Source of the DNA: Myxococcota bacterium
GTDB lineage: Bacteria; Myxococcota_A; UBA9160; UBA6930
Assembly (NCBI GenBank): GCA_965223415.1
Contig: OZ245002.1
Location: 32,001 to 96,000 of the forward strand
Direction of reading: 5' to 3'
DNA length: 64,000 nucleotides
Both the position numbers and the translations under genes were made by a program. Positions within the stretch are counted from its first letter, which is position 1; every line of letters begins with the position of its first letter. The notes under the pieces were generated by a model. It searched no databases. It saw only the letters and a list, made by a program, of their open reading frames with translations, and had not been told where the DNA came from. Positions 28,933 to 38,006 of the stretch are shown piece after piece.

Positions 28933-30900
28933 ATGTCGCGAGCCCCCGGTATCGTCCTCCTCGCCTTCTTGCTGCTGGCCGCGGGGGCGCCGGCGGCACC
29001 TCCCGACGTTCCCGGCAGCTTCAGCTACCAGGGCGTGCTCCTGGACACGAGCGGCCAGCCCCAGAGCGGGCCCGTCGACCTCACGATCCGCCTGTGGGAC
29101 GCGGCGCTCGGCGGCGTGCTCCTCTACAAGCAGGAGCGCAACAACACGATCCTGGTGGACGGCGTCTTCACCATCGTGATCGGCCCCACCGGGGTCGGGA
29201 CCGACGTGCCGACGAACCCGCTCGCAACGAACCTGGTCTCCGTCCTGACGACGGACCTGGGCGCCCTGGCCGAGGTGTGGCTCGAGCTCTCGGTGGACGG
29301 GAGCCTGCCGCTCGCGCGGAACAAGCTCCAGTCCGTGCCCTTCGCGGTGCGATCCGAGTCCTCGGCGTCGGCCGACACCGCCGACACGGCGACCAACCTC
29401 CAGACGGGCGGCGGCGTGAGCACCGCGATCCTCGACGCCATCTGGCTCCATCACAACTTCGACGGCGGCCCGCCGAACACCGACCCGAGCGAGGGCACCG
29501 GCGATACGGATCTGGACTCGATCCCGAACTTCGTCGACGACGACAACGACAACGACGGCCTGACCGACTCCGTCGAGGTCGCCCAGGGCTCCAACATCAA
29601 TCTCGTCACGCCGACGCTCACCGGGTTCTCGGGCGATGGCTCCAACATCCAGGACGTCAGCCTCTCCGCCACCGGAACGAACTTCGATCCTGCACTCACC
29701 ACCACGGTGGGGGGCGGCTCCGTGGCGCCCTCGGGCATCACCTCGACGGCCTTCGACTTCGTGGCACCGCGCCTGCCGGCGGGAAGCCACCCGGTCGTGG
29801 TCACGCTGCCGAACGGCGAGTCGGACACGCTGAACCTCTCCTACTCCTTCACGGATCCGGGCCCGCCGACCTTCCTCTCGATCCCGATCGCCCTCGCGAC
29901 GGCCCCCATCGAAGCGATGGCCCTGGGAGCAGACCGACTGCTGATCCACTCGGACGACGACTACGCCTGGGACGTCGTCGACGACGGGCAGATCGTGCTG
30001 GGCCCGGCCGTCGAAGGGATCCTCGCTCCCGGGTCGACCGCCGACACCGTCGCCCTCGCATGGGACTCGACGGGCCGCCTCGGCGCCGTGCATCGCAACA
30101 ACGGGACCGGAATGGTCGAGGTCTTCCTCGACGCGGACCTGAGCGGACAGCTCGAGTTCGGAGAGCGGACGGCGGTGGAGCTCGCGGATCCGGGTGGCGT
30201 CGCCCTGGCCTTCGACGCCTCGGATCGGCTCGTCGGCGGATACGTCCGCCCCACCGTGACGGTGACCCAGATCCGGGTCTTCCAGGACGCAGACGGCGAC
30301 GGCACGATCGCCGCTGGCGAGATCGTGACCGCCGAGTCCTGGACCGGTGCCGTTCCCTCCTCGGGGGAGATCGCCGTCGACTCCGCATCCCGGGTCGCCT
30401 ACGTCACCGAGGATCCGACCGCCGACCTCCTGCGCGTCGTCTGGGACCGGAGCGGGGACGGCGACTTCGACGATACCGTGAGCGGGAACCCGGAGTCCTT
30501 CGCCCCGGCGGGCTCGATCTCGTGCCTCGGCGCCGACTTCGACGCCAACGACGCGCTGGTGGTCGTGTACGGCAGCGGCGGTGCGCTCACCCTGGCACGC
30601 GATACCAGCGGAGACGGAGACTTCGCCGATGCCGGCGAGACGGTAGTGCTGGCGCCCCTCCAGCTGGGGAATCCGAGCAGCTGCGACGTCGATGCCAGCG
30701 GACCGGGAGTGGCCGTCTCGGCCACGGACGGAACCCACCTGGAGCTCTTCCTCGATCGCAACGCCGATGGCGATTTCGACGAGTTCGATGACCGGGCCTT
30801 CCTCGGCACGGGCGTCTCGGCGCCGATCGCCGTGGAGCGGCTCGGCAACGGCGAGGTGATCGTCCTGGCGCCGCAGGGCATCGTGGAGGATCCGCTCTAG
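28933..30900 (+). CDS. secreted fibre/adhesin-like protein (YQG...VPFA N-domain, Asp-rich Ca-binding repeat, IPT/TIG-like domain, beta-propeller-like C-terminus)
   Basis: Signal peptide; VPGSFSYQGVLLD..G.P...DGVFTIVIG...SVPFAVRS; ADTADTA; DTDLDSIPNFVDDDNDNDGLTD; TGTNF..PRLPAGSHPVVVT; repeated DxxGDGDFxD. Confidence 0.75.
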   Translation: MSRAPGIVLLAFLLLAAGAPAAPPDVPGSFSYQGVLLDTSGQPQSGPVDLTIRLWDAALGGVLLYKQERNNTILVDGVFTIVIGPTGVGTDVPTNPLATNLVSVLTTDLGALAEVWLELSVDGSLPLARNKLQSVPFAVRSESSASADTADTATNLQTGGGVSTAILDAIWLHHNFDGGPPNTDPSEGTGDTDLDSIPNFVDDDNDNDGLTDSVEVAQGSNINLVTPTLTGFSGDGSNIQDVSLSATGTNFDPALTTTVGGGSVAPSGITSTAFDFVAPRLPAGSHPVVVTLPNGESDTLNLSYSFTDPGPPTFLSIPIALATAPIEAMALGADRLLIHSDDDYAWDVVDDGQIVLGPAVEGILAPGSTADTVALAWDSTGRLGAVHRNNGTGMVEVFLDADLSGQLEFGERTAVELADPGGVALAFDASDRLVGGYVRPTVTVTQIRVFQDADGDGTIAAGEIVTAESWTGAVPSSGEIAVDSASRVAYVTEDPTADLLRVVWDRSGDGDFDDTVSGNPESFAPAGSISCLGADFDANDALVVVYGSGGALTLARDTSGDGDFADAGETVVLAPLQLGNPSSCDVDASGPGVAVSATDGTHLELFLDRNADGDFDEFDDRAFLGTGVSAPIAVERLGNGEVIVLAPQGIVEDPL

Positions 30901-31886
30901 GGAGCCGCTGCCCCCGCCTCACCCATCAGGTGCCGCCGGAACCAGGCCAGCGCCAGGTCCGACGCCTCGCCGTACGTCCCGGTGTAGACGTCGTAGTGCT
31001 TGCCCGGGAACACCTCGTAGCGAGCCGGTGCGTTCGCCTTGACCTTCTCGTACGCGGCGAGGCCGTTCTCCTTGCGGTCGAAGAGCTCCTCGTCCTCCAT
31101 GTCGATGAAGAGGGTCGGGATGCGCACCCGAGCCGCGTAGTCCAGCGGGCGGTACGACACCATGCGCGCCACGTCCGGGGTGCCGCTCAAGCCGGGCGCT
31201 CCGTCGATGCCCTGGGGCAGCGGCGGGTCGAGCTCGCCGCGGGCCTTCTCCCGTGCGCGGCGCTCCGCGTGCAGGAGGAGCTCCGGCGGCGACGTGCCGC
31301 CGCCCTGGGCGCCGACCTGGGCCACCGCCGCCGCGAGCGACTCGGTCGCCGCCATCACGACCGCGTGGCCTCCCCCGTAGCTCGTGCCCCAGATGCCGAT
31401 GCGCCCGGGGTCCACGTCCGGCTCGCTGCGCAGCACGGCGAGGGCCGCCCGCAGGTCCTCGAGCTGGTCCCAGGGATCGACGACCTCGCGGATCTCCCGC
31501 GCCGTCACGGTGACCCGTCCTTCGTCGTCCGGATCCGGCAGGGGCGCGTCGGGGACGAGGCGACCGTCGCTCTCGCCCCAGCCGCGGTAGTCGAAGCTGA
31601 GGACGACGAAGCCGGCCGCCGCGAACTTCGGGGCGTAGGTCGCATCCAGGTGCTCGCGGAGGCCGCCCCAGCCGTGGGCCAGCAGGATGGCCGGGCGCTT
31701 GTCGCCCTTCTCGGAGGTGGCGCCCTTCGCCCGCCACACGCGGGCCGCCATGCGGGTGCCCTGGCTCCAGATCGTGAGGGAGGTGGATTCGGCGCCGTAG
31801 TACAGCTCGGCGGCACAGCTGGCGCCCGGCGTGGCGAGGGTGGCGGCGAGCAGCCCGAGCGCTGCGAGGTGGCGGTGCATCGGCAT
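30897..31886 (-). CDS. secreted alpha/beta hydrolase (S15/CocE-like)
   Basis: AHGWGG, FDYRGWGESDG, GIWGTSYGG, C-terminal His (GKHY); signal peptide; GGAGG SD. Confidence 0.85.
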   Translation of the reverse strand: MPMHRHLAALGLLAATLATPGASCAAELYYGAESTSLTIWSQGTRMAARVWRAKGATSEKGDKRPAILLAHGWGGLREHLDATYAPKFAAAGFVVLSFDYRGWGESDGRLVPDAPLPDPDDEGRVTVTAREIREVVDPWDQLEDLRAALAVLRSEPDVDPGRIGIWGTSYGGGHAVVMAATESLAAAVAQVGAQGGGTSPPELLLHAERRAREKARGELDPPLPQGIDGAPGLSGTPDVARMVSYRPLDYAARVRIPTLFIDMEDEELFDRKENGLAAYEKVKANAPARYEVFPGKHYDVYTGTYGEASDLALAWFRRHLMGEAGAAAP

Positions 31887-31939
31887 GGGGGCGTTCCTCC
31901 CGGTGCGTGCTATGGAATCCCCTTCCCGGAGGAGACGCC

Positions 31940-32962
31940 ATGGCAAAGGATCTCAAGCTCGGCCTGCAGCTCGGCTACTGGCAGGCCCAGCCCCACCCGA
32001 ACTTCGTCGAGATCGCCCAGGAGGCGGAGCAGCTCGGCTACGACATCGTGTTCACGGCCGAGGCCTGGGGCTCGGACGCCTTCACGCCGCTCACCTGGAT
32101 CGCCGCCCACACCGAGCGCATCCGGCTCGGGACGGCCGTGGTCCAGCTCTCGGCTCGCACGCCGACGGCCACCGCCATGCACGCCCTGACCCTCGACCAC
32201 CTCTCGAAGGGCCGGGTCGTGCTCGGCCTGGGCGTCTCGGGCCCCCAGGTCGTGGAGGGCTGGTACGGCCAGCCGTTCTCGAAGCCGCTCTCGCGAACCC
32301 GCGAGTACGTCGACATCATCCGGCAGGTGCTGCGGCGCGAGGCGCCGGTGCAGAACGCCGGCCCCCACTACCCCCTGCCCTACACGGGCCACGGCGCCTG
32401 GGGCATGGGCAAGCCGCTCAAGCCGATCACCCATCCACTGCGCGCCGACGTGCCGATCTTCCTCGGCGCCGAAGGCCCGAAGAACGTCGCCCTCGCCGCC
32501 GAGATCTGTCAGGGCTGGCTGCCGCTCTACTACTCACCCTACCGGCAGGAGGTGTACGCGGACTCGCTCAAGGACGCGCCGGAGGGCTTCGAGATCTGCG
32601 CCGGCGTGAGCGTCAACGTCACCGACGACGTGAAGACAGCGCTGATGCCCATGAAGGCGACGATCGGCTTCTACATCGGCGGCATGGGCTCCAAGAAGCG
32701 CAACTTCCACAAGGAGCTGATGGCCCGGATGGGCTTCGAGGCGGAGGCGGAGAAGATCCAGGAGCTCTTCTTCGCGGGGAAGCGCGAGGAAGCGGTCCAG
32801 CTGGTGCCGGACGAGTTCTGCGACGAGATCTCGCTGGTCGGCCCGCCGGAGCGGATCAAGGACCGGCTCGCGGCCTGGCGAGACACCCCGGTGACCCACC
32901 TGCTCTTCATGTCGAGCGACCCGACTCAGATCCGGACCGTGGCGGAGCTCGTCCTCGGGTAG
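31940..32962 (+). CDS. LLM-class (probably F420-dependent) oxidoreductase
   Basis: AEAWGSDAFTPL, ARTPTATAM, LGLGVSGPQVVEGWYG, GAEGPKNV. Confidence 0.9.
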   Translation: MAKDLKLGLQLGYWQAQPHPNFVEIAQEAEQLGYDIVFTAEAWGSDAFTPLTWIAAHTERIRLGTAVVQLSARTPTATAMHALTLDHLSKGRVVLGLGVSGPQVVEGWYGQPFSKPLSRTREYVDIIRQVLRREAPVQNAGPHYPLPYTGHGAWGMGKPLKPITHPLRADVPIFLGAEGPKNVALAAEICQGWLPLYYSPYRQEVYADSLKDAPEGFEICAGVSVNVTDDVKTALMPMKATIGFYIGGMGSKKRNFHKELMARMGFEAEAEKIQELFFAGKREEAVQLVPDEFCDEISLVGPPERIKDRLAAWRDTPVTHLLFMSSDPTQIRTVAELVLG

Positions 32963-32991
32963 AGTCCTCCCGGAACTGCTATCAAGGCTCC

Positions 32992-34080
32992 ATGCCGCCC
33001 CCCGAGGACAAGAGCGCCCCGGCCTACGCGCGCGCCGGGGTCGATCTCGACAAGGACGAAGGCTTCATCGACGAGATCAAGGAGATCTCGCGCAGCACCT
33101 TCCGGCCCGAGATCCTCTCCTCCATCGGCGGTTTCGCCGGGCTCTTCAAGGCCCCGGAGCGCTACCACTCGCCGGTCTTCGTGGCCGGTGCCGACGGCGT
33201 CGGCACCAAGCTGAAGCTGGCCGCGCTGATGGGACGCTACGACACCATTGGCATCGACTGCGTGGCCATGGTGGTGAACGACCTGGTCGTCCAGGGCGCC
33301 GAGCCGTTGGTCTTCCTGGACTACCTCGCCATGGGCGAGCTCGAAGAGGAGATCGCGGCCGAGGCGCTGCGCGGCGTCGCCGAGGGCTGCCGGCGGGCGG
33401 GCTGTGCCCTGCTCGGCGGCGAGACGGCCAGCATGCCGGGCTTCTACCCGAAGAGCGAGCTCGAGCTGGTGGGCTTCGGCGTGGGCGTCGTGGAGCGGGA
33501 CCGCATCATCGACGGCTCCAGCATCGGCGTCGGCGACGTACTGATCGGCCTGGCCTCGAACGGCGTCCACTCGAACGGGTTCTCCCTGGTGCGGCGGATC
33601 GTGGACGAGGGCGTGGCAGCCGGGAAGTTCGACCTGCGGGAGGCGCCGCCGGAGCTCAATACCTCCCTCGCCGCCGCGTTGCTCGCCCCGACCCGCATCT
33701 ACGTGAAGCCGGTCCTGAACCTGCTACGGGATTTCACGCTCCACGGCATCGTCCACGTCACCGGCGGTGGCTTCGACGGCAACGTGCCGCGCATCCTGCC
33801 CGGCGGCGTGCGGGCGCGCATCGACCTCTCGAGCTGGCCCCGGCCGGCCCTCTTCGACTTCCTGGCCCGCCACGGCGAGATCTCCGAGGACGAGATGCGC
33901 CGCGTGTTCAATTGCGGCCTGGGCATGATCCTGATCGCCCGGCGCGACGACGCCGAGGACATCGTCGACCGGCTGGGCGGGATGGGCGAGCGGGCCTACC
34001 GCATCGGCCACGTCGAGCGGAAGGACGACGACGACCCGCCCCTCCTCTTCGAGGGGGGCGATCCCGGCCCCGCGGGCTGA
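32992..34080 (+). CDS. purM: phosphoribosylformylglycinamidine cyclo-ligase
   Basis: YARAGVD, IGGFAG, DGVGTKL, GGETA, SNGVHSNGFSL, HVTGGG, FNCGLG. Confidence 0.97.
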   Translation: MPPPEDKSAPAYARAGVDLDKDEGFIDEIKEISRSTFRPEILSSIGGFAGLFKAPERYHSPVFVAGADGVGTKLKLAALMGRYDTIGIDCVAMVVNDLVVQGAEPLVFLDYLAMGELEEEIAAEALRGVAEGCRRAGCALLGGETASMPGFYPKSELELVGFGVGVVERDRIIDGSSIGVGDVLIGLASNGVHSNGFSLVRRIVDEGVAAGKFDLREAPPELNTSLAAALLAPTRIYVKPVLNLLRDFTLHGIVHVTGGGFDGNVPRILPGGVRARIDLSSWPRPALFDFLARHGEISEDEMRRVFNCGLGMILIARRDDAEDIVDRLGGMGERAYRIGHVERKDDDDPPLLFEGGDPGPAG

Positions 34081-34112
34081 TGGCGCCGGCGGAAGACGGA
34101 GCCCTGCCGTAG
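34080..34112 (+). other. 10-aa micro-ORF (MAPAEDGALP) bridging purM and the next gene
   Basis: TGATG overlap with the purM stop; TAGTG overlap with the GTG start at 34112. Confidence 0.45.
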
Positions 34113-35494
34113 TGGCGCGCGAGCGGCTGGGAAGCGGCGGCGCCCTGCGCTCCCGCCGCTGGGACGTGCTCGTCCTGGGCAGTGCCCTGCCCGGCCTCGC
34201 GGCGGCCATCCGCCTGGGCATGGCGGGGCACCGGGTGCTGATCGCCGAGGAGGACACGACGGCGGGCGCCCCGCTCTTCCTGCGCGAGCCCTTCGCCCTG
34301 CCCGGCGTGCTGGGCGGCGGCGTGCTCGACCCGGCGCTCCAGGCCCTCGGCATCCCCCCGATCGAGCGGCGGCGCTTCGAGGCCCGTGACGTCGCCTATC
34401 AAGTGCTGCTGCCCGAGGCCCGCCTCGACGTGGGCGATCGCGACCTGACCGCGGACGAGCTGGTGGCCTGGGGCCTGCTCAAGCCCGACGACGCCCGGGC
34501 CCTGACCCACGATCTCGAGCAGGGCGCCTCCGCCCTCGCCGAGGCCCTGGTCGGAGCGGCCATCGTGAAACGCGGCGTTCGGCTGCCGAGCTTCCCGGCC
34601 GACGGAGGAGGCGCCGCCCTCCCCGCCCTGGTGAGCCAGGCCGAGGGGGCCCTCGCCGAGAGCTTCGCGCTGCAGGCCGCGGGGCTGGCCGAGCTGGCGA
34701 CGGGCGAGCCGAGCCCGCTCGCCCGGCTGCGCCTGCTGGGCGCGCCCCTGGCGGGCCGCACCGGCTACCCGAGCGGCGAGGGCGGCCTGCTCGCCGCCCT
34801 CCGCAAGCGGCTCGAGAGCCTCCACGCGGAGTTCCGCACCATCGGCTGCCCCTTCGAGTTCGTGGAGCTGGGCCATCACCCGGGCATCCTGCGGGCGGGA
34901 CCGGGCGACGTGTGGCTGGGGCGGGCGCTGGTCGTGAACGCCGTCGGCCCCCAGCTCTCCGCAGCCTTGCGGGCGTGGGACAAGCCGGTGCCCGGCTTCC
35001 TCACGGGCGAGCCTCCGGCCACCCGGCGCTTCGCCCTTCACCTCCGGGCCCTGCGCGAGGTGGTGCCCGAGCCCCTGGCGCCGCGGGCGCTCCTCCCGCC
35101 GCCGGCGGACGGGCCCTTCGTCGGACCGATCCGCCTGTGCGTCCACCCCTCGTCTCGCGGCAACCGCTTCGCGGAGCTCGTGGCCTCGGCCTGCCTTCCG
35201 GTGGACGCGGACCCGGACGAGGCGGCGGCGGCGATGGAAGCCCGGGTGCGGGCGCTCATGCCGTTCTCGGAGCGGAGGCTCAAGGCCGGACCGCCGGGCC
35301 CGATCCCGCGCTGGGACGATCCCTCGAGCCGGCCCGAGCCCCGCGGCGGCTGGCCTGCCCCCGTGGACGTGCGCGCGCGAACCCGGGAGCCCGTCTACAC
35401 GCTGCCACGGGAGGAGGTGGCGGCCCTGGGGCTGGAGGGGGAGCTCCTGCTCGGCTGGCGGGCGGGCGACGCGATCCGGGAGGAGCTCGGCTAG
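34112..35494 (+). CDS. FAD-dependent oxidoreductase-fold protein (phytoene desaturase-like, divergent)
   Basis: WDVLVLGSALPGLAAAIRL..G.RVLIAE Rossmann-like start; C-terminal LGLEGELLLGW. Confidence 0.65.
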   Translation: MARERLGSGGALRSRRWDVLVLGSALPGLAAAIRLGMAGHRVLIAEEDTTAGAPLFLREPFALPGVLGGGVLDPALQALGIPPIERRRFEARDVAYQVLLPEARLDVGDRDLTADELVAWGLLKPDDARALTHDLEQGASALAEALVGAAIVKRGVRLPSFPADGGGAALPALVSQAEGALAESFALQAAGLAELATGEPSPLARLRLLGAPLAGRTGYPSGEGGLLAALRKRLESLHAEFRTIGCPFEFVELGHHPGILRAGPGDVWLGRALVVNAVGPQLSAALRAWDKPVPGFLTGEPPATRRFALHLRALREVVPEPLAPRALLPPPADGPFVGPIRLCVHPSSRGNRFAELVASACLPVDADPDEAAAAMEARVRALMPFSERRLKAGPPGPIPRWDDPSSRPEPRGGWPAPVDVRARTREPVYTLPREEVAALGLEGELLLGWRAGDAIREELG

Positions 35495-35565
35495 CCCGAG
35501 CCCCGGAGCCCGTTCGCCGGGAGCCAAGCGAGCGCCTACCCTTGGCGGGCCCCCCGGAGGAACCG

Positions 35566-37569
35566 TTGACCGAGCCTTCCCCCATGCCCGGGGAGGACGC
35601 CGGAGCCGCGGCGCCCGGGTCGCTCTCTTCGTTCTGGCGCCTGGTCGCCTACGTCCGGCCCTACCTGGCCCTGATGCTGCTGGCCGTGCTGGCAGCGCTC
35701 CTCTACTCCGGGGCCCGGACCGGGCGCGCGCTCCTCGTCCAGCCGCTCTTCGACGACGTGATCCTGCCCCAGGCCGCGGCGGATGCGACGCCGGGCCTGG
35801 GCGACTGGTTCCACTCCGCGTTGCGGGATGGCGACGAAGCCGCGGCGCCCCCCGCGGCCGGAGAGCGCGAGGCCGCGGCCGGAGAGCCCGAGCCGGAGAC
35901 CGCGGCCGGAGAGCCCGAGCCGGAGACCGCGGCCGGCGAGCCCGAGCCGGAGGCCGTGGTCGCCCAGGTGAAGCAGTCGTTGCCGCGCATCCTGCTGGCC
36001 GCGCTCCTCATCCTCACCCTGCTTCCGGTCTCCCACTTCTTCCAGGTGTACCTGGCCGAGACCGTGCTGGGTCGTGTGCTGGTGGACGTGCAGCGGGACC
36101 TGTGCGCGAAGTTGCTGCGGCTCCCCCTGCGCTTCCACCACGGGGCGAGCCGCGGCGACACCCTCTCCCGGGTGATGAACGACGCCCAGCGCGCCCAGCA
36201 ATCCCTCGACCTGCTGTTCTCCGACGTCGTACAGAGCGTGCTCGCCCTGGCGGTGGGCGTGGCCACCCTCCTCTACCTGTCGGCCCCGCTCACCCTCACG
36301 TTGGTGGCGATCGCGCCGCCGGTGGCGGGGGCCATCGCGCTGTTCGGCCGCCGGATCCGCAAGAGCGCGCGGCGCCGGCAGGAGAGTCAGGCGAGCGTGA
36401 CCGAGCGGCTCGTACAGATCCTGGCGGGCATCAAGGTGATCAAGGCCTTCCGCGCCGAGAGCGGCGAAGAGCGCGCCTTCGACGAGCACAACCTCCGCTT
36501 CTTCCGCCGCAACCTCAAGGTGGTGAAGAACCGTGCGCTCTCCCGGGCGGTGGTCGAGGCCATCACGAACGCCGCGGGCGTCGGCGTGCTGCTGCTGGGG
36601 GTCGCCGTCGTCGCCGGCCAGCTCTGGGGGCTCACGGTGGGCTCGCTCATGGCCTTCGTCGTCGTGATGCAGACGACCTACCGGCCCATGAAGGAGATCA
36701 CCAAGGGCTGGACGAAGCTCCAGGAGGCGATGCCCTCCGCCGAGCGCTTCTTCCAGCTCCTGGACACGGCGGGCGAGCCGCCGGACCCGGCCGACGCAGT
36801 GCGGCCGCCGGGCCTGCGCGAGGGCATCCGCTTCGCGGGCGTCTCCTTCTCCTACGGGCGGGAGCCGGTCCTCCAGGACGTCTCCCTCGACGTGGCCCGG
36901 GGCGAAGTGGTGGCGATCGTGGGCCCCACTGGCGCCGGCAAGACGACCCTGGCCGACCTCCTGCTCCGCTTCTACGACCCGGACGCGGGCCGCATCGAGG
37001 TGGACGGCGTCGACCTCCGCCGGGTGGCCCGCAGCGCCTGGCTCGACCACTGCGCGGTCGTCACCCAGGAGCCCTTCCTGTTCACCGGCACGATCCGCGA
37101 CAACATCCGCTACGGGCGCCCAGAGGCGGACGAGGAGGCGATCCTGGCCGCTGCCCGGGCCGCCCACGTGGACGAATTCGTGGCCGAGCTGCCGGAGGGC
37201 TACGACACGGACGTGGGGGACGCCGGCGTGCGGCTCTCCGGCGGCCAGCGCCAGCGCATCACGATCGCCCGAGCGATCCTGAACGACCCGGAGGTCCTGA
37301 TCTTCGACGAGGCCACCAGCTCGCTGGACGCCAAGAGCGAGCGCTACGTGCAGGAGGCCATCGAGTCCCTGCTAGGCGGCCGCACCGTCTTCATCATCGC
37401 CCACCGTCTCTCCACGGTTCGCCACGCCGACAAGATCCTGGTGCTCGAGCGGGGCAAGGTCGCCGACCTGGGCCCCCACGACGAGCTGATGGCCCGCGGC
37501 GGCCTCTACCGGGAGCTGATGGCCCTCCAGGGGGAGGCGGGAGACGAGACCTCCCCCATTTCGGGGTGA
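35566..37569 (+). CDS. msbA: MsbA-like lipid A/LPS flippase ABC transporter
   Basis: TMD+NBD, GPTGAGKT, LSGGQRQR, FDEATSSLD, AHRLST; LPS-cluster context; TTG start after GGAGG (alternative ATG at 35584). Confidence 0.8.
   Translation: MTEPSPMPGEDAGAAAPGSLSSFWRLVAYVRPYLALMLLAVLAALLYSGARTGRALLVQPLFDDVILPQAAADATPGLGDWFHSALRDGDEAAAPPAAGEREAAAGEPEPETAAGEPEPETAAGEPEPEAVVAQVKQSLPRILLAALLILTLLPVSHFFQVYLAETVLGRVLVDVQRDLCAKLLRLPLRFHHGASRGDTLSRVMNDAQRAQQSLDLLFSDVVQSVLALAVGVATLLYLSAPLTLTLVAIAPPVAGAIALFGRRIRKSARRRQESQASVTERLVQILAGIKVIKAFRAESGEERAFDEHNLRFFRRNLKVVKNRALSRAVVEAITNAAGVGVLLLGVAVVAGQLWGLTVGSLMAFVVVMQTTYRPMKEITKGWTKLQEAMPSAERFFQLLDTAGEPPDPADAVRPPGLREGIRFAGVSFSYGREPVLQDVSLDVARGEVVAIVGPTGAGKTTLADLLLRFYDPDAGRIEVDGVDLRRVARSAWLDHCAVVTQEPFLFTGTIRDNIRYGRPEADEEAILAAARAAHVDEFVAELPEGYDTDVGDAGVRLSGGQRQRITIARAILNDPEVLIFDEATSSLDAKSERYVQEAIESLLGGRTVFIIAHRLSTVRHADKILVLERGKVADLGPHDELMARGGLYRELMALQGEAGDETSPISG
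35852..35953. repeat. 3 x 27-nt tandem repeat plus a partial unit in msbA
   Basis: CCGCGGCCGGAGAGCCCGAGCCGGAGA at 35873, 35900 and 35927; encodes AAGEPEPET. Confidence 0.92.
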
Positions 37570-37616
37570 CACGTCGACGCTCGCCGGGTTAGAATCAACC
37601 CGTTCTTTGCTGGAGC

Positions 37617-38006
37617 ATGCTGATGCGGACCGCGCGACCCTTCCGCCTTCTCCACCTGCTCGCGGCGGCGGGCCTGCTGCTGGTGGCGACACCGGGCCTG
37701 GCGAGCTCGATCGTCGTCTGGCTGCCGAGCGGCGAGTCTGCTCGCGTTTCGGTCGTCTCCTGGGACGACGTGGAGGCGATCGCCGCGGGCTCCATCCAGG
37801 CGCCCGTCGGCGGCTTCGTGATCTCGACCATCCCCGGGCGCGCCCAGCAGCTCTTCGAGCTGCTGCCGGCCAGCCCCGGAACCACGCGGATCCAGGTGGT
37901 GAGCCGGGGCGCGGTGCAGCCGGCCATCCCGGAGCCAGCCGGGTTCGCGGCCTTCGCCATGGGGCTCCTGGTCCTCCGAGCGGCGGTCCGCAAGCGAGCC
38001 GTCTAG
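37617..38006 (+). CDS. small PEP-CTERM protein
   Basis: Signal peptide; C-terminal IPEP, hydrophobic helix, basic tail (RAAVRKRAV). Confidence 0.75.
   Translation: MLMRTARPFRLLHLLAAAGLLLVATPGLASSIVVWLPSGESARVSVVSWDDVEAIAAGSIQAPVGGFVISTIPGRAQQLFELLPASPGTTRIQVVSRGAVQPAIPEPAGFAAFAMGLLVLRAAVRKRAV

Noticed and set aside
35852..35953. Direct repeats as a possible CRISPR array
   Set aside because: They are contiguous in-frame coding repeats with no spacers, and there are no cas genes in the window.
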